Part shown: positions 1-9,297 of the stretch, one piece after another
Layout of the letters: each line of letters starts with the position of its first letter
Position numbering within the stretch: position 1 is the first letter of the stretch
Origin: Myxococcales bacterium
GTDB taxonomy: Bacteria; Myxococcota; Myxococcia; Myxococcales; Anaeromyxobacteraceae
Reading direction: 5' to 3'
Assembly: GCA_038320275.1 (NCBI GenBank)
Contig: JBBQEB010000002.1
Coordinates: 1-64,000, forward strand
DNA length: 64,000 nucleotides
The notes under the pieces: model-generated
What the model saw: the letters and a program-made list of their open reading frames with translations, nothing else
Told to the model about the DNA's origin: nothing
The model's database searches: none
Program-made: the position numbers and the translations under genes

Positions 1-1
1 G

Positions 2-265
2 GGGTTGGGGGGTGTGGTTCTTGGGCTTGGGCGCGGTGTGGGGGGGCGGCGGGGGGGGGGGGGGGGTTGGGGGGGGTGGGGGCGTCGCCGACTTCACGAT
101 CTTGACGGGTACCAGCGGCCCTTCCGACACCTTCGCCGCGATAGCCGAAGACAGGAAGATCACGCTGAGGACCACGATGACCTGCACGGCGGACGAGCCG
201 AGCAGGAACGCGCCACGCCGGGCCGCGCGCTTGCCGCCCTCTCGCTTGGTGACTTCGTCGAACAC
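2..265 (-). CDS. tonB: Energy transducer TonB, N-terminal part (runs off the window start)
   Basis: Not in the ORF track. From GTG at 265 it translates as MFDEVTKREGGKRAARRGAFLLGSSAVQVIVVLSVIFLSSAIAAKVSEGPLVPVKIVKSATPPPPPTPPPP...PKPK: one TM helix then a poly-Pro/PK linker. It is divergent from a TonB-dependent receptor. Confidence 0.8.
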   Translation of the reverse strand, partial: MFDEVTKREGGKRAARRGAFLLGSSAVQVIVVLSVIFLSSAIAAKVSEGPLVPVKIVKSATPPPPPTPPPPPPPPHTAPKPKNHTPQP

Positions 266-315
266 GGGCTCGCTCTACCTGTGGATTGGCGGCGGAATCG
301 GCCGAAAGAGGCGCT

Positions 316-344
316 TGTCTATAGTTCACCCACATGGATGTCAA
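316..344 (-). promoter_or_regulatory. Putative sigma70 promoter for tonB
   Basis: Minus strand TTGACA-N17-TAGACA, about 50 bp upstream of the GTG. Confidence 0.5.
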
Positions 345-651
345 CAGCGTTCCAGAGCGGCGAAGACGGAGCCGCTCCCTCCTTGGCGGGAAGGTGCCTG
401 TTGTCCATGAGTGAACTCGCAAAAGTTAGGACCGCCGCGCCCTGGGTCCCTCCTGCGGGTCCAGAACCTCTTGGCCCGCCGCGGCCGGCAGCGAACCCAC
501 CTGGGATCTCCCCCGGTGGCGAGGCTGCCGACGCCCCGCCAAACGTGAGAAAACCTCGCAATATTGCTGAACTGTGACGCTTCCATGACGAAGCCCTCGC
601 CTGCCCGCGCGGAGCAGGGACCCTGGGTGTGCGCAGATGTCGGGTGATCGC

Positions 652-681
652 TTGACTTCACTCAGAGGTGGCGCCTAAAAA
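652..681 (+). promoter_or_regulatory. Putative sigma70 promoter for the receptor operon
   Basis: TTGACT-N18-TAAAAA, about 90 bp upstream of ATG 773. Confidence 0.4.
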
Positions 682-772
682 TCGCGGCCTTGCGGCCCCT
701 TGGCCGCACGCAGGGCGGACGCAGGAACTCGGCAGCGTGCTCGGTGGTGCCTCGGACCAGGGAGGAAGTCAC

Positions 773-3700
773 ATGAGGAAGTCGTTCTTGCGCCTGCTGC
801 GCCTCGCGCCGCTCGCGCTGCTGTTCGCGACCGTCGCGTCCGCTCAGACGACGGGTACCATCATCGGCGTCGTCACCGACGCCTCCACGGGCAAGCCTGT
901 CGCCGGCGCGCCAGTCATCGCGACGAGCCCCAACCAGCAGGGGGAGCAGACCGCCGTCACCGACAACGGTGGCGCATACCGCTTCAACCTGCTTCCGCCC
1001 GGCCAGTACCGCTTGTTCGTCCCCGCCTTCACCGGCCAGACCCCTGACAACAAGACGGTGGAGTACCGCGAGGCCGACCGCAGCGACATCGTGGTCCGGA
1101 TCGACAAGACGCTGCGCGCCAACCTCGCGCTCGTCCCCTCCTCCGTCCAGCTCGAGGAGCAGGTGGTCCGCACCGGCAACGCGCCGGTCGTGAACATCGG
1201 AACGGCCGAGACGGGCTCCGTCGTCACGAAGGAGTTCCTCGCCAGCGTCCCGGTGGGCCGTGACTTCGCCGCCGCCGCCATCGTGGCGCCGGGCGCTCAA
1301 GGCGACCAGTTCGGCGTGGGCTTCGCCGGCGCCGGCTCCCCCGAGAACAACTACATCCTCGACGGAATGAACGTGACCGACCCGGCGTTCGGCACCCAGG
1401 GCGCGAACCTCCTCACGAACTTCGTGGAGGAGCTCAACATCAAGAGCGGCTCCTTCATGCCCGAGTACGGCCGCGCCACCGGCGGCATCGTGAACGTCGT
1501 CACGAAGTCCGGCTCCAACGAGTTCCACGGATCGGTGTTTGGCAACCTGCAGCCCGGTGCGCTCTCCCCCGCCGCGAAGGTCATCGGCCGCGACGCAGAG
1601 GCCATCGCCACCCAGTCCGCGCAGTCGAAGAACTACCACGCCGACTTCGGCTTCGAGGTCGGCGGTCCGGTCATGAAGGATCGCCTCTGGTTCTACCTGG
1701 GCTTCGCGCCGATCCTCGACCACACCGTCAGCGAGCGCTACTACCAGCGCCTCACCGAGGACCCGGCGCACCCGGGCCAGGTGCTGCGCGACGCCGGCAC
1801 CGGCCTCGCCACCGGCACGCGGGTGGGGTCGAGCTCCTACTACACGAACTCGAACAGCCAGTATCAGGTGACTGGGAAGCTGACCTACCTCTTCAACGAG
1901 AACCACAACGTCAGCCTGTCCCTCTACACGGATCCCCAGTCCACCTCGGGTCTCGCCAACGCCAATGCCCGCGAGTCCTCCGGCTTCATCTACGGCAACA
2001 CCAGCTCCACCGACGCCATCGGCCGTTACGCCGGAAAGTTCATCGACAAGCACCTCATCGTCGAGGCACAGGGCGGCTTGCACCACCAGACCAACAAGGA
2101 CGACCCGCAGACGGTGCAGGGCGTCGACCAGCGCAACACCGCCGGCGTCCAGTGGCAGCTCGTCCACCCCCTCACCGACTTCTATACGCCGGCCGAGCTC
2201 GGCAGCGCCTACGCGCCCTGCACGAGCACCGCCACCTTCAATCCATGCCCGGTGACCCGCTTCGTGACCGGTGGGCGCGCCTTCCTGGCCGACGACAAGC
2301 TCGACCGCTTCGGCGGCAAGCTCTCTGCCTCGGGCCTCTTCAGCGCGCTGGGCCATCACAACGTGAAGGGCGGCATCGACATCGAGCGCTCGAACTTCGA
2401 CCGCACCAAGAGCTACGGCGGCAACGAGTTCATCCGCGAGCGCAACACCTCGGCGTTCGGCCTCACTTTCCAGGACTACCGCGGCTACGGCGTGGTGACC
2501 GACCCGTTCGCGTCGGCGTCCAACCCCGGGTTCGGCTACGTGCCGCAGACCGTGAACTCGATCTCCAACAGCCGCGCCTACTACCTGCAGGACAGCTGGT
2601 CGCTCATCGACGCGCTGACCGTCAATTTCGGCGTTCGCTGGGAGACGCAGGACATGTACAAGGCCGGCGCCACCGGCCCCGCCAACCTCGCCATCAACGA
2701 CAGCATCGCGCCGCGCGTGCAGGCGGTGTACGACTTCACCGGCCAGGGCCGCAGCGCCATCAAGGCCACCTGGGGCCGGTTCTACGAGAACATCCCCCTC
2801 GACATGGGTGACCGCTCCTTCGGCGGCGAGACGCAGATCCAGTCCACCCGCGAGTATTGCGTCCAGGCCTCCCCCACGGTGGGCGGAACGCCGGCCTCCT
2901 GCGATCGCATCCCGAACGCCACCTTCAACCCGACGCTCGGGCGCAACACCACCTACAACCAGTACGGGGCTGGCATCGTCCCGGTGGATCCCAGCCTGAA
3001 GGGCCAGTACGTCGACCAGTACGGCGGCTCGATCGAGTACGAGTTCCTGCCCGACTTCTCCGCAGCCTTCACCTACGACGGCCGCCGCCTCGGGCGGGTC
3101 ATCGAGGACATGTCCTCCGACGACGGGAACACGTTCTTCATCGCGAACCCCGGCGAGTCGAAGCCCTTCACCTTCACCAACCCGGACGGCACCAAGACGA
3201 ACGTGAACCCGCGCACGGTCACCACCGTCGACGCGGTGACGCTGCGCCCGTACATGGTGAACGAGCCCAAGCCCGACCGCCGCTACGACGGCTTCACCTT
3301 CGAGCTCCGCAAGAACTTCTCGAAGCGATGGCTGGCGAGCGCGAGCTACACCTACTCGCTCTTCCGCGGCAACTACCCGGGCCTCTTCCGCTCGGAGAAC
3401 GGCCAGCTCGACCCGAACATCCTCTCCGAGTACGACGTCGTCTCGCTGCTCCCGAACAAGTACGGCCCGCTCCCGAGCGACATCCCGCACGCATTCAAGG
3501 TCTACGGCTCGTACATCTTCGACATCACGAACCGCTTCAACGTCCAGGCCGGCGGCGCCCTTCGCTCCCACTCGGGCACGCCGCTCAACTACCTCGGAGC
3601 GCACCCCGAGTATGGGCCTGGCGAAGCCTTCATCCTGCCCCGAGGCAGCGCGGGCCGGACGCCCTTCGTGACCAACGTCGACCTCCGCGGCGCCCTCGAG

Positions 3701-4012
3701 TACGTCATCACCCCGCCCTACGCGGTGAAGTTCACGCTCGACGTGTTCAACGTCCTCAACTCGCAGAACGCGCTCACCATCGATCAGAACTACACCTACG
3801 ACGCGGTGCAGCCGATCGTGGGCGGCCAGTGCTCGAAGCGGAACGGCGGCGAGGGCAAGAACCCGCTCTCGACGGCGGTCTCGGACTGCGCCGACCTCGC
3901 GTACCTGCGCACGGTCGACGGACGCCCGATCACAACCAACAGGAACTTCGGCCGCCCGACCTCGTACCAGGCGCCGCTGTCCGTCCGTTTCGGCCTGTCG
4001 CTCGCATTCTAG
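773..4012 (+). CDS. Oar-like TonB-dependent receptor (N-terminal carboxypeptidase-regulatory-like domain, plug, beta-barrel)
   Basis: GGAGG RBS before ATG 773; signal peptide; TTGTIIGVVTD N-domain; ENNYILDGMNVTDP and PEYGRATGGIVNVVTKSGSNEFHG plug motifs; C-terminal Phe. Confidence 0.9.
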   Translation: MRKSFLRLLRLAPLALLFATVASAQTTGTIIGVVTDASTGKPVAGAPVIATSPNQQGEQTAVTDNGGAYRFNLLPPGQYRLFVPAFTGQTPDNKTVEYREADRSDIVVRIDKTLRANLALVPSSVQLEEQVVRTGNAPVVNIGTAETGSVVTKEFLASVPVGRDFAAAAIVAPGAQGDQFGVGFAGAGSPENNYILDGMNVTDPAFGTQGANLLTNFVEELNIKSGSFMPEYGRATGGIVNVVTKSGSNEFHGSVFGNLQPGALSPAAKVIGRDAEAIATQSAQSKNYHADFGFEVGGPVMKDRLWFYLGFAPILDHTVSERYYQRLTEDPAHPGQVLRDAGTGLATGTRVGSSSYYTNSNSQYQVTGKLTYLFNENHNVSLSLYTDPQSTSGLANANARESSGFIYGNTSSTDAIGRYAGKFIDKHLIVEAQGGLHHQTNKDDPQTVQGVDQRNTAGVQWQLVHPLTDFYTPAELGSAYAPCTSTATFNPCPVTRFVTGGRAFLADDKLDRFGGKLSASGLFSALGHHNVKGGIDIERSNFDRTKSYGGNEFIRERNTSAFGLTFQDYRGYGVVTDPFASASNPGFGYVPQTVNSISNSRAYYLQDSWSLIDALTVNFGVRWETQDMYKAGATGPANLAINDSIAPRVQAVYDFTGQGRSAIKATWGRFYENIPLDMGDRSFGGETQIQSTREYCVQASPTVGGTPASCDRIPNATFNPTLGRNTTYNQYGAGIVPVDPSLKGQYVDQYGGSIEYEFLPDFSAAFTYDGRRLGRVIEDMSSDDGNTFFIANPGESKPFTFTNPDGTKTNVNPRTVTTVDAVTLRPYMVNEPKPDRRYDGFTFELRKNFSKRWLASASYTYSLFRGNYPGLFRSENGQLDPNILSEYDVVSLLPNKYGPLPSDIPHAFKVYGSYIFDITNRFNVQAGGALRSHSGTPLNYLGAHPEYGPGEAFILPRGSAGRTPFVTNVDLRGALEYVITPPYAVKFTLDVFNVLNSQNALTIDQNYTYDAVQPIVGGQCSKRNGGEGKNPLSTAVSDCADLAYLRTVDGRPITTNRNFGRPTSYQAPLSVRFGLSLAF

Positions 4013-4046
4013 GCCTGGCACTCACGGACCCAAGGGGATCGCGCAC

Positions 4047-6512
4047 ATGAACCAGACCAAGCTCTCGCGGCCGGTCGCTCTCGCCGCCCTCGCCCTCGTC
4101 GCCAGCGGCCTCGCCGGCTGCGACGATCGCTTCCGCTCCGCGGACACGTCGACGCTGAAGGTCGTTCGCGTGGTGGCCTTCGACAACACCAACGCAACCA
4201 ACCGGCCGGTGGTGGTGGAGAACCCCGGGCCCACTGCCACGCTCGACGCCGTTCCGGCGGAGCTCGGCGCGCTGCGGGTGGACTTCAGCCGGACGCTCGA
4301 CGGCAAGACGGTGCAGGTGAACCCCGGATCGACTCTGTGCACGCCGTCGTCCAACATCCACGTCACCAAGACGAGCGCCGATCCGGCGGTCGATCCGGTG
4401 GACCTCACCGGCGCCGGAGCCACCTCGGTCTGCTACAACCCCGGCGGCACCAACCCCAACATCATCATCACGCTCGAGTCGTCGCCGACCTGCGCCGGCC
4501 CGAACCCGAACGTGCCGGCCAACGGCGGACCGCTCGGCATCGAGCCGGGCGCGACCTACGTCGTCACGGCCACCGGGGTGAAGGATCTCAACGGCGGCAG
4601 CGTCGACTTCACCGTCACGGTGAAGGGCGCCGACTTCATCGCCAGCGGCACGTACTATCAGGCCGACTTCGGGACCACCAGCGGCGCCACCACCGGCCTC
4701 GCCTTCGACACGAAGGGGAACAAGGACCTGAACGGCTCCACTGGCGTGCCGCTCGGGAAGCTCGACCCCAAGACCGGCCTGTACACCACGCCCACCGCGG
4801 TGCTCACCTCGACCGCCTACACGGGCAACTACCAGCTCTACGGCACGCCCCTCACCATTCACTTCGAGGGCGGGCCCATGTGCCCGGTGGGCTACGAGTC
4901 ACTCTGCGGTGCTGCCGGCTCGGCGCCGCTCACCGTCGCGGACGATCCCGGCCACGTGGTGGACGCCGCCTACGTCGGGGAGAACCTCAATGGCCTCGAG
5001 AACCACATCGTCCCGCGGCTCCCCCTGGAGTCGGGCCAGACCTACAGCTTCGACGTGCAGCCCGGGATCCAGGACGTCAACGAGATCCTGAACGCGAACG
5101 CCGACGTGCCAGGCACCTCTGCCGGGGTCACCGCGACCTTCACCACCGAGGACGTCGGAGCCAACAAGGTCGTCTGGCGCTGGCCCAACGAGGGCACGAC
5201 GGGCGTCTACACGACCCTCGATCGCACCCTGGTCCGCAGGTGGACGGGGCAGCCCATGGTGGGCGTCGCGACCGCCAAGGCCCTCGCGGCCAACGCGGCG
5301 CCGTTCACTCCCACCGGGGTCACGCTCGCCGAGAAGGGCGGAACGGCCGTTCCGGTGACGCTCGCCGCCGGCGACACGCGCAACCGGAGCATCACCTTCA
5401 ACGCTGCCACCGATCGGCTCTCGCTGAAGAATGACACCGACTACACCATGTCCTGGACCATCCCGGGCACGGAGGGGACGGGGGCGGTGAGCTTCAAGAC
5501 GCTGCCCTTCGGCCAGGACCCCAACATCCCTGGCTTCGCGGGCGAGATGTCCACCTTCCAGACCGCCAGCGTGAGCTACCGCGGCACCATCATGAACGTG
5601 GGCGGTTCGGTGTACTCGTCGCTGGGCGGCAAGCCCATCACCTACTTCACGACGGTGACCGGGAAGGTGGCCTACTCCACCGCGGCGGCGCCCACCCTCT
5701 ACACGGTGACCGGCCGGAGCGAGTTCAGCTTCTTCCCCCTCACCGGGGGCGACGTGAAGCTCTTCCAGGGCAAGCCCAGCGACAACGTCCCCGTGACGTT
5801 GGCGCAGTCAGGCTACGCCAAGGCGGGCGCCAGCACCGCGCACCCGGCGGTCGATCCCTGGGACGTTCCGTCGACGGGCGCCGCCTCGGGCACCCTCGGC
5901 TACCCGGGCTCGCTGGTGGGCGTCGTCCCGAGCGGAATCCTCAAGCCCGGTCAGCCCTACACCATGGTCGCCAACGTGACGCCCGCCGCCGGCGGCGCCG
6001 CCACCACCATCACCTTCCCGTTCTCCACTGCGGCCTTCCGCATCGGTACCGCATACGAGGGCAGCCTCACCTACTCGCTCACGGGCAGCCCACAGCAGGC
6101 CGTCTTCAGCGCGACCCAGCCGCTCCAGCTCCGGACCACGGCGGCGGTGGACCCGGCGACCTTCAGCACCACCGACAGGGCCGACGGCCCCGTCCTGGTG
6201 GTCTCCAGCGACGGGACGCCCATCCCGGTACACCTCGCCACCCCGTCGAGCCCCGCCACCGAGCTCACCCGCGGCGCGGGCCAGTGGATTCGCGTGGTGC
6301 CCGGACCGGGCGCCGTGAAGCCCGACACCACCTACACGGTGATCGTGACGAACCAGGTGATGAGCGCCCCAGCCTGGGACGGCTCGCAGACGCCGATCAC
6401 GCCCATCACCTACACGCTCACGACCCCGTCGGACACGACCAACCCGGACGATCCCTACGCACCGGCGGTGTGCACCGCCACCACCGGGACGACGCTTCCG
6501 GGCGGCGGGTAG
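4047..6512 (+). CDS. Large Thr/Gly/Pro-rich lipoprotein with probable repeated Ig-like domains
   Basis: Lipobox LAGC; recurring L.PG..Y.V motifs (IEPGATYVV, LESGQTYSF, LKNDTDYTM, LKPGQPYTM, VKPDTTYTV); directly downstream of the receptor. Confidence 0.75.
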   Translation: MNQTKLSRPVALAALALVASGLAGCDDRFRSADTSTLKVVRVVAFDNTNATNRPVVVENPGPTATLDAVPAELGALRVDFSRTLDGKTVQVNPGSTLCTPSSNIHVTKTSADPAVDPVDLTGAGATSVCYNPGGTNPNIIITLESSPTCAGPNPNVPANGGPLGIEPGATYVVTATGVKDLNGGSVDFTVTVKGADFIASGTYYQADFGTTSGATTGLAFDTKGNKDLNGSTGVPLGKLDPKTGLYTTPTAVLTSTAYTGNYQLYGTPLTIHFEGGPMCPVGYESLCGAAGSAPLTVADDPGHVVDAAYVGENLNGLENHIVPRLPLESGQTYSFDVQPGIQDVNEILNANADVPGTSAGVTATFTTEDVGANKVVWRWPNEGTTGVYTTLDRTLVRRWTGQPMVGVATAKALAANAAPFTPTGVTLAEKGGTAVPVTLAAGDTRNRSITFNAATDRLSLKNDTDYTMSWTIPGTEGTGAVSFKTLPFGQDPNIPGFAGEMSTFQTASVSYRGTIMNVGGSVYSSLGGKPITYFTTVTGKVAYSTAAAPTLYTVTGRSEFSFFPLTGGDVKLFQGKPSDNVPVTLAQSGYAKAGASTAHPAVDPWDVPSTGAASGTLGYPGSLVGVVPSGILKPGQPYTMVANVTPAAGGAATTITFPFSTAAFRIGTAYEGSLTYSLTGSPQQAVFSATQPLQLRTTAAVDPATFSTTDRADGPVLVVSSDGTPIPVHLATPSSPATELTRGAGQWIRVVPGPGAVKPDTTYTVIVTNQVMSAPAWDGSQTPITPITYTLTTPSDTTNPDDPYAPAVCTATTGTTLPGGG

Positions 6513-6542
6513 CGAGCGAGACGCACCAGAGCTGAAGTGACC

Positions 6543-6576
6543 AGAGGCGGGCCCCCGGGCCCGCCTCTTTTCGTTT
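6543..6576 (+). terminator. Rho-independent terminator
   Basis: AGAGGCGGGCCC/GGGCCCGCCTCT inverted repeat followed by TTTCGTTT. Confidence 0.85.
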
Positions 6577-6625
6577 GGAACTCTGGGCGCCACCGGGTCG
6601 AGCAGTGGCTTCTCGAGGCAGCGGC

Positions 6626-6661
6626 TTGCGCGCGCCGCGCGCAACACGCATACGGATATGC
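6626..6661 (+). promoter_or_regulatory. Putative vapBC operator palindromes
   Basis: TTGCGCGCG-C-CGCGCGCAA (6626-6644) and GCATA-CGGA-TATGC (6648-6661) directly before the vapB ATG. Confidence 0.5.
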
Positions 6662-6868
6662 ATGCGAACCACTCTGATCTTGCGTGACGATCTCCTTCGA
6701 AGAGCCGCCGAGCTGACGGGAATCGCCGAAAAGACCGCGCTCGTCCATGCTGGTCTCGAGCTGCTCGTCCAGCGCGAGGCGGCGCGTCGGCTCGCCGCCC
6801 TTGGGGCATCGGAGCCTCAGCTCGAACTACCGCCCCGGCGACGCTCCACTGCGGATCGACAGCGTTGA
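6662..6868 (+). CDS. vapB: Type II antitoxin, VapB family (RHH)
   Basis: MRTTLILRDDLLRRAAELTGIAEKTALVHAGLELLVQREAARRLAALG; overlaps the PIN toxin gene by 4 nt. Confidence 0.85.
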   Translation: MRTTLILRDDLLRRAAELTGIAEKTALVHAGLELLVQREAARRLAALGASEPQLELPPRRRSTADRQR

Positions 6869-7224
6869 TCCTCGCGGACACGTCCGTTTGGGTCTATCAC
6901 CTGCGTTCTGGCTCCGAACCACTCTCGATGGCTCTCGAGAAAGGCGAGGTCCTGACCCATCCGCATGTCATCGGCGAACTAGCGTGCGGGAACCTTCGCG
7001 ACAGGGCCGCCTTCCTGAGATTGCTGTCGATGCTTCCGCGGTCTTCGCTCGCATCTGACGCGGAAGCGCTCGCATGCATCGAGAGCAACCGCCTGCAGGG
7101 GCGCGGTCTCGGTTGGGTCGACGTGCACCTGCTGGCTTCGGCGCTCCTCGACCGATGCCAGCTCTGGACCATGGACAAGGCGCTCGCTCGCGAGGCGACG
7201 CGCTGCGGGATTCGTTCGCCGTGA
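6865..7224 (+). CDS. vapC: Type II toxin, VapC PIN-domain ribonuclease
   Basis: ILADTSVWV, VIGELACG and GLGWVDVHLLASA...LWTMD PIN motifs. Confidence 0.9.
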   Translation: MILADTSVWVYHLRSGSEPLSMALEKGEVLTHPHVIGELACGNLRDRAAFLRLLSMLPRSSLASDAEALACIESNRLQGRGLGWVDVHLLASALLDRCQLWTMDKALAREATRCGIRSP

Positions 7225-7236
7225 GCCGGGGCAAGT

Positions 7237-7268
7237 AAAAGCCCCGTCCGCCGAAAGGCGAACGGGGC
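7237..7268 (-). terminator. Rho-independent terminator of rpsB-tsf
   Basis: Minus strand GCCCCGTTCGCC-TTTC-GGCGGACGGGGC followed by TTTT. Confidence 0.8.
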
Positions 7269-7298
7269 CGTGGTGAGTACCGTGAGGCTGGGACCGCG

Positions 7299-7961
7299 CT
7301 ACGCCTTGGCGACCCCCGCCGCCTTGGCCACCTCTTCGGCCAGGTTCTCCTGCTTCTTCTCCAGCCCCTCGCCCAGCGCGAAGCGGGCAAAGCGGCGGAC
7401 CTGGATGTTCTCGCCGATGCGCGCGACGGCCTCGGTGAGGACCTCCTGGATCGTCTTCTTGTCGTCCTTCACGAACGCCTGCTCCAGGAGGACGATGTCC
7501 TTGAAGAACTTCTCCACCTTGCCGGTGGCGATCTTCTCGATGATGGCCTCCGGCTTCTTGCCCTCGCGCGCCTGGGCCCGGGCGATCTCCAGCTCCTTGC
7601 CCACCAGCTCCGGCGGAACCTCCTCGCGCCGGACGTAGAGCGGCGAGGCTGCCGCGATCTGCATCGCGAGGTCCTTCACCAGCGACTGGAAGCCCTCCGT
7701 GCGCGCCACGAAGTCGGTCTCGCAGTTCACCTCGATGAGCACGCCAATCTTGCCGCCCATGTGGATGTAGGAGGCGACGGTGCCCTCGGAAGCGATGCGC
7801 CCGGCTTTCTTGGCGGCGGCGGCGAGCCCCCGCTTGCGGAGCACATCCTCGGCCTTGCCGGCGTCGCCGCCCGCCTCGGTGAGCGCCTTCTTGCAGTCCA
7901 TCATGCCGGCCCCGGTCTTCTCCCGGAGCTCCTTCACCGCGTTCGCGCTGATGTCGGCCAC
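7299..7961 (-). CDS. tsf: Elongation factor Ts (short form, about 220 aa)
   Basis: [19 protein letters not shown] and [13 protein letters not shown] start 5 nt after GGAG. Confidence 0.95.
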   Translation of the reverse strand: MADISANAVKELREKTGAGMMDCKKALTEAGGDAGKAEDVLRKRGLAAAAKKAGRIASEGTVASYIHMGGKIGVLIEVNCETDFVARTEGFQSLVKDLAMQIAAASPLYVRREEVPPELVGKELEIARAQAREGKKPEAIIEKIATGKVEKFFKDIVLLEQAFVKDDKKTIQEVLTEAVARIGENIQVRRFARFALGEGLEKKQENLAEEVAKAAGVAKA

Positions 7962-7963
7962 GG

Positions 7964-9061
7964 TCACTCCGCCTTCGGCGCGGCCGCAACGGCGGCCGGG
8001 GCCGCTGCCGAAGCCTCGGCCGCGGAGGTCACCTCGCCCTTGCGAACCACCTCGACGCCCGCGCTGGCCGCCCCGCGGTCCTCCCGAGGAGGCCGGCGGT
8101 CGCGCTGGCCTCGCCCGCCGCGGTCGCGGCGGTCGCGCCCACCACTCCGCTCGCTGGCGGCGTCGCGGTCGTCCTGATCCCGCTCCGCGTGGCCGTGCTC
8201 CGCCACCCACGCGCCGTAGCGCGCCTTCCCCTCGATGCAGGCCTCGGCCACCTTGCCGGTGAAGAGACGGATGGAGCGGATGGCGTCGTCGTTGCCAGGG
8301 ATCACGTAGTCGATGCCCTGCGGATCGCAGTTGGTGTCCACCACCGCGACCACCGGGATCCCGAGGCGGTTCGCCTCGTGGACCGCGATGTGCTCCTTCT
8401 TCGTGTCGATGACGAAGAGGGCGGAGGGGAGCCGGGTGAGATCCTTGATGCCGCCCAGGTTCTTCTGGAGCTTCTCGCGCTCGCGCTCCAGCGAGGCGAT
8501 CTCCTTCTTCGGCAGCTTGTCGTAGGTGCCGTCCTGGCTCATCTTCTCGATGGTCTTGAAGCGCTCGATGCCGGTCTTGAGGGTCTTGAAGTTCGTGAGC
8601 GTTCCACCCAGCCAGCGGTTGGTCACGTGGTACATGCCGCAGCGGCTGGCCTCTTCCTGCACCGCGTCCTGGGCCTGCTTCTTCGTGCCGACGAAGAGCA
8701 CCGATCCGCCCCGCGCCACCGCGTCCGAGACGAAGCGGAAGGCGTTGCGGGCGAGCGAGACCGTCTTCTGCAGATCGATGATGTAGATGCCGTTGCGAGC
8801 GCCGAAGATGTACGGCTTCATCTTCGGGTTCCACCGCTTGGTCTGGTGGCCGAAGTGAACCCCGGCCTCCAGGAGCTGCTTCATCGTGATGGCGCTGCCC
8901 TGGGACTGGAGGGCTGCGCTCATGCTGCCCTCGGCGGGAGCGGCTCCCTCCGCGGCGGGGGCTGCTCCTTCGGGCGCGGCGGCGGCCGGCTCGGCCTGCG
9001 CGGGCGCTGCGTCCTGAGGAGCGGGTACGGGCTGCACGTCGGGCTGCTGCTGCGTGTCCAT
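7964..9061 (-). CDS. rpsB: 30S ribosomal protein S2 with low-complexity N- and C-terminal extensions (alternative start at 8923)
   Basis: [31 protein letters not shown] and [11 protein letters not shown]. Confidence 0.95.
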   Translation of the reverse strand: MDTQQQPDVQPVPAPQDAAPAQAEPAAAAPEGAAPAAEGAAPAEGSMSAALQSQGSAITMKQLLEAGVHFGHQTKRWNPKMKPYIFGARNGIYIIDLQKTVSLARNAFRFVSDAVARGGSVLFVGTKKQAQDAVQEEASRCGMYHVTNRWLGGTLTNFKTLKTGIERFKTIEKMSQDGTYDKLPKKEIASLEREREKLQKNLGGIKDLTRLPSALFVIDTKKEHIAVHEANRLGIPVVAVVDTNCDPQGIDYVIPGNDDAIRSIRLFTGKVAEACIEGKARYGAWVAEHGHAERDQDDRDAASERSGGRDRRDRGGRGQRDRRPPREDRGAASAGVEVVRKGEVTSAAEASAAAPAAVAAAPKAE

Positions 9062-9074
9062 GGGGTCTGTCTCC

Positions 9075-9186
9075 GGTTGGTGTCCGCCACTTTCCGTGAA
9101 TGCGGGACGCGCTCGCCCCGGAAGCGGAAGACCTCTCCGCATCGCGAGGGCACCGGAGCGCCCGCTGGAAAGTGTGTGAATTTACG
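9075..9186 (-). ncRNA. rpsB 5' leader (S2 autoregulatory / t44-like RNA)
   Basis: UAAAUUCACACACUUUCC...GGUGCCC...GGAAAGUGG...CACCAACC; CACUUUCC/GGAAAGUG closing stem and a possible GGUG/CACC pseudoknot, placed before rpsB. Confidence 0.7.
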
Positions 9187-9247
9187 ACGCTCTCTGCTGA
9201 TGCCCCGGGCGCCGCGTCTGGGAGAGCCCACGCCGGCGGGGAGCGGT

Positions 9248-9276
9248 CCTTTAACACGCGCCCGGAACGCTCGCAA
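9248..9276 (-). promoter_or_regulatory. Putative rpsB promoter
   Basis: TTGCGA-N17-TAAAGG with extended TG, upstream of the leader. Confidence 0.5.
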
Positions 9277-9297
9277 CCTCGCGGTGTCAGGCGGGAA

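Noticed and set aside
40..82. 16-G homopolymer and G tracts as a phase-variation or G-quadruplex element
   Set aside because: It encodes the TonB poly-Pro linker in frame and lies at the window edge, where base calls may be poor.
662..4021. Very long antisense ORFs (also 25120-30105, 46104-48722, 61949-63985 and others)
   Set aside because: They are shadows of GC3-biased genes on the other strand and show no recognisable motifs.
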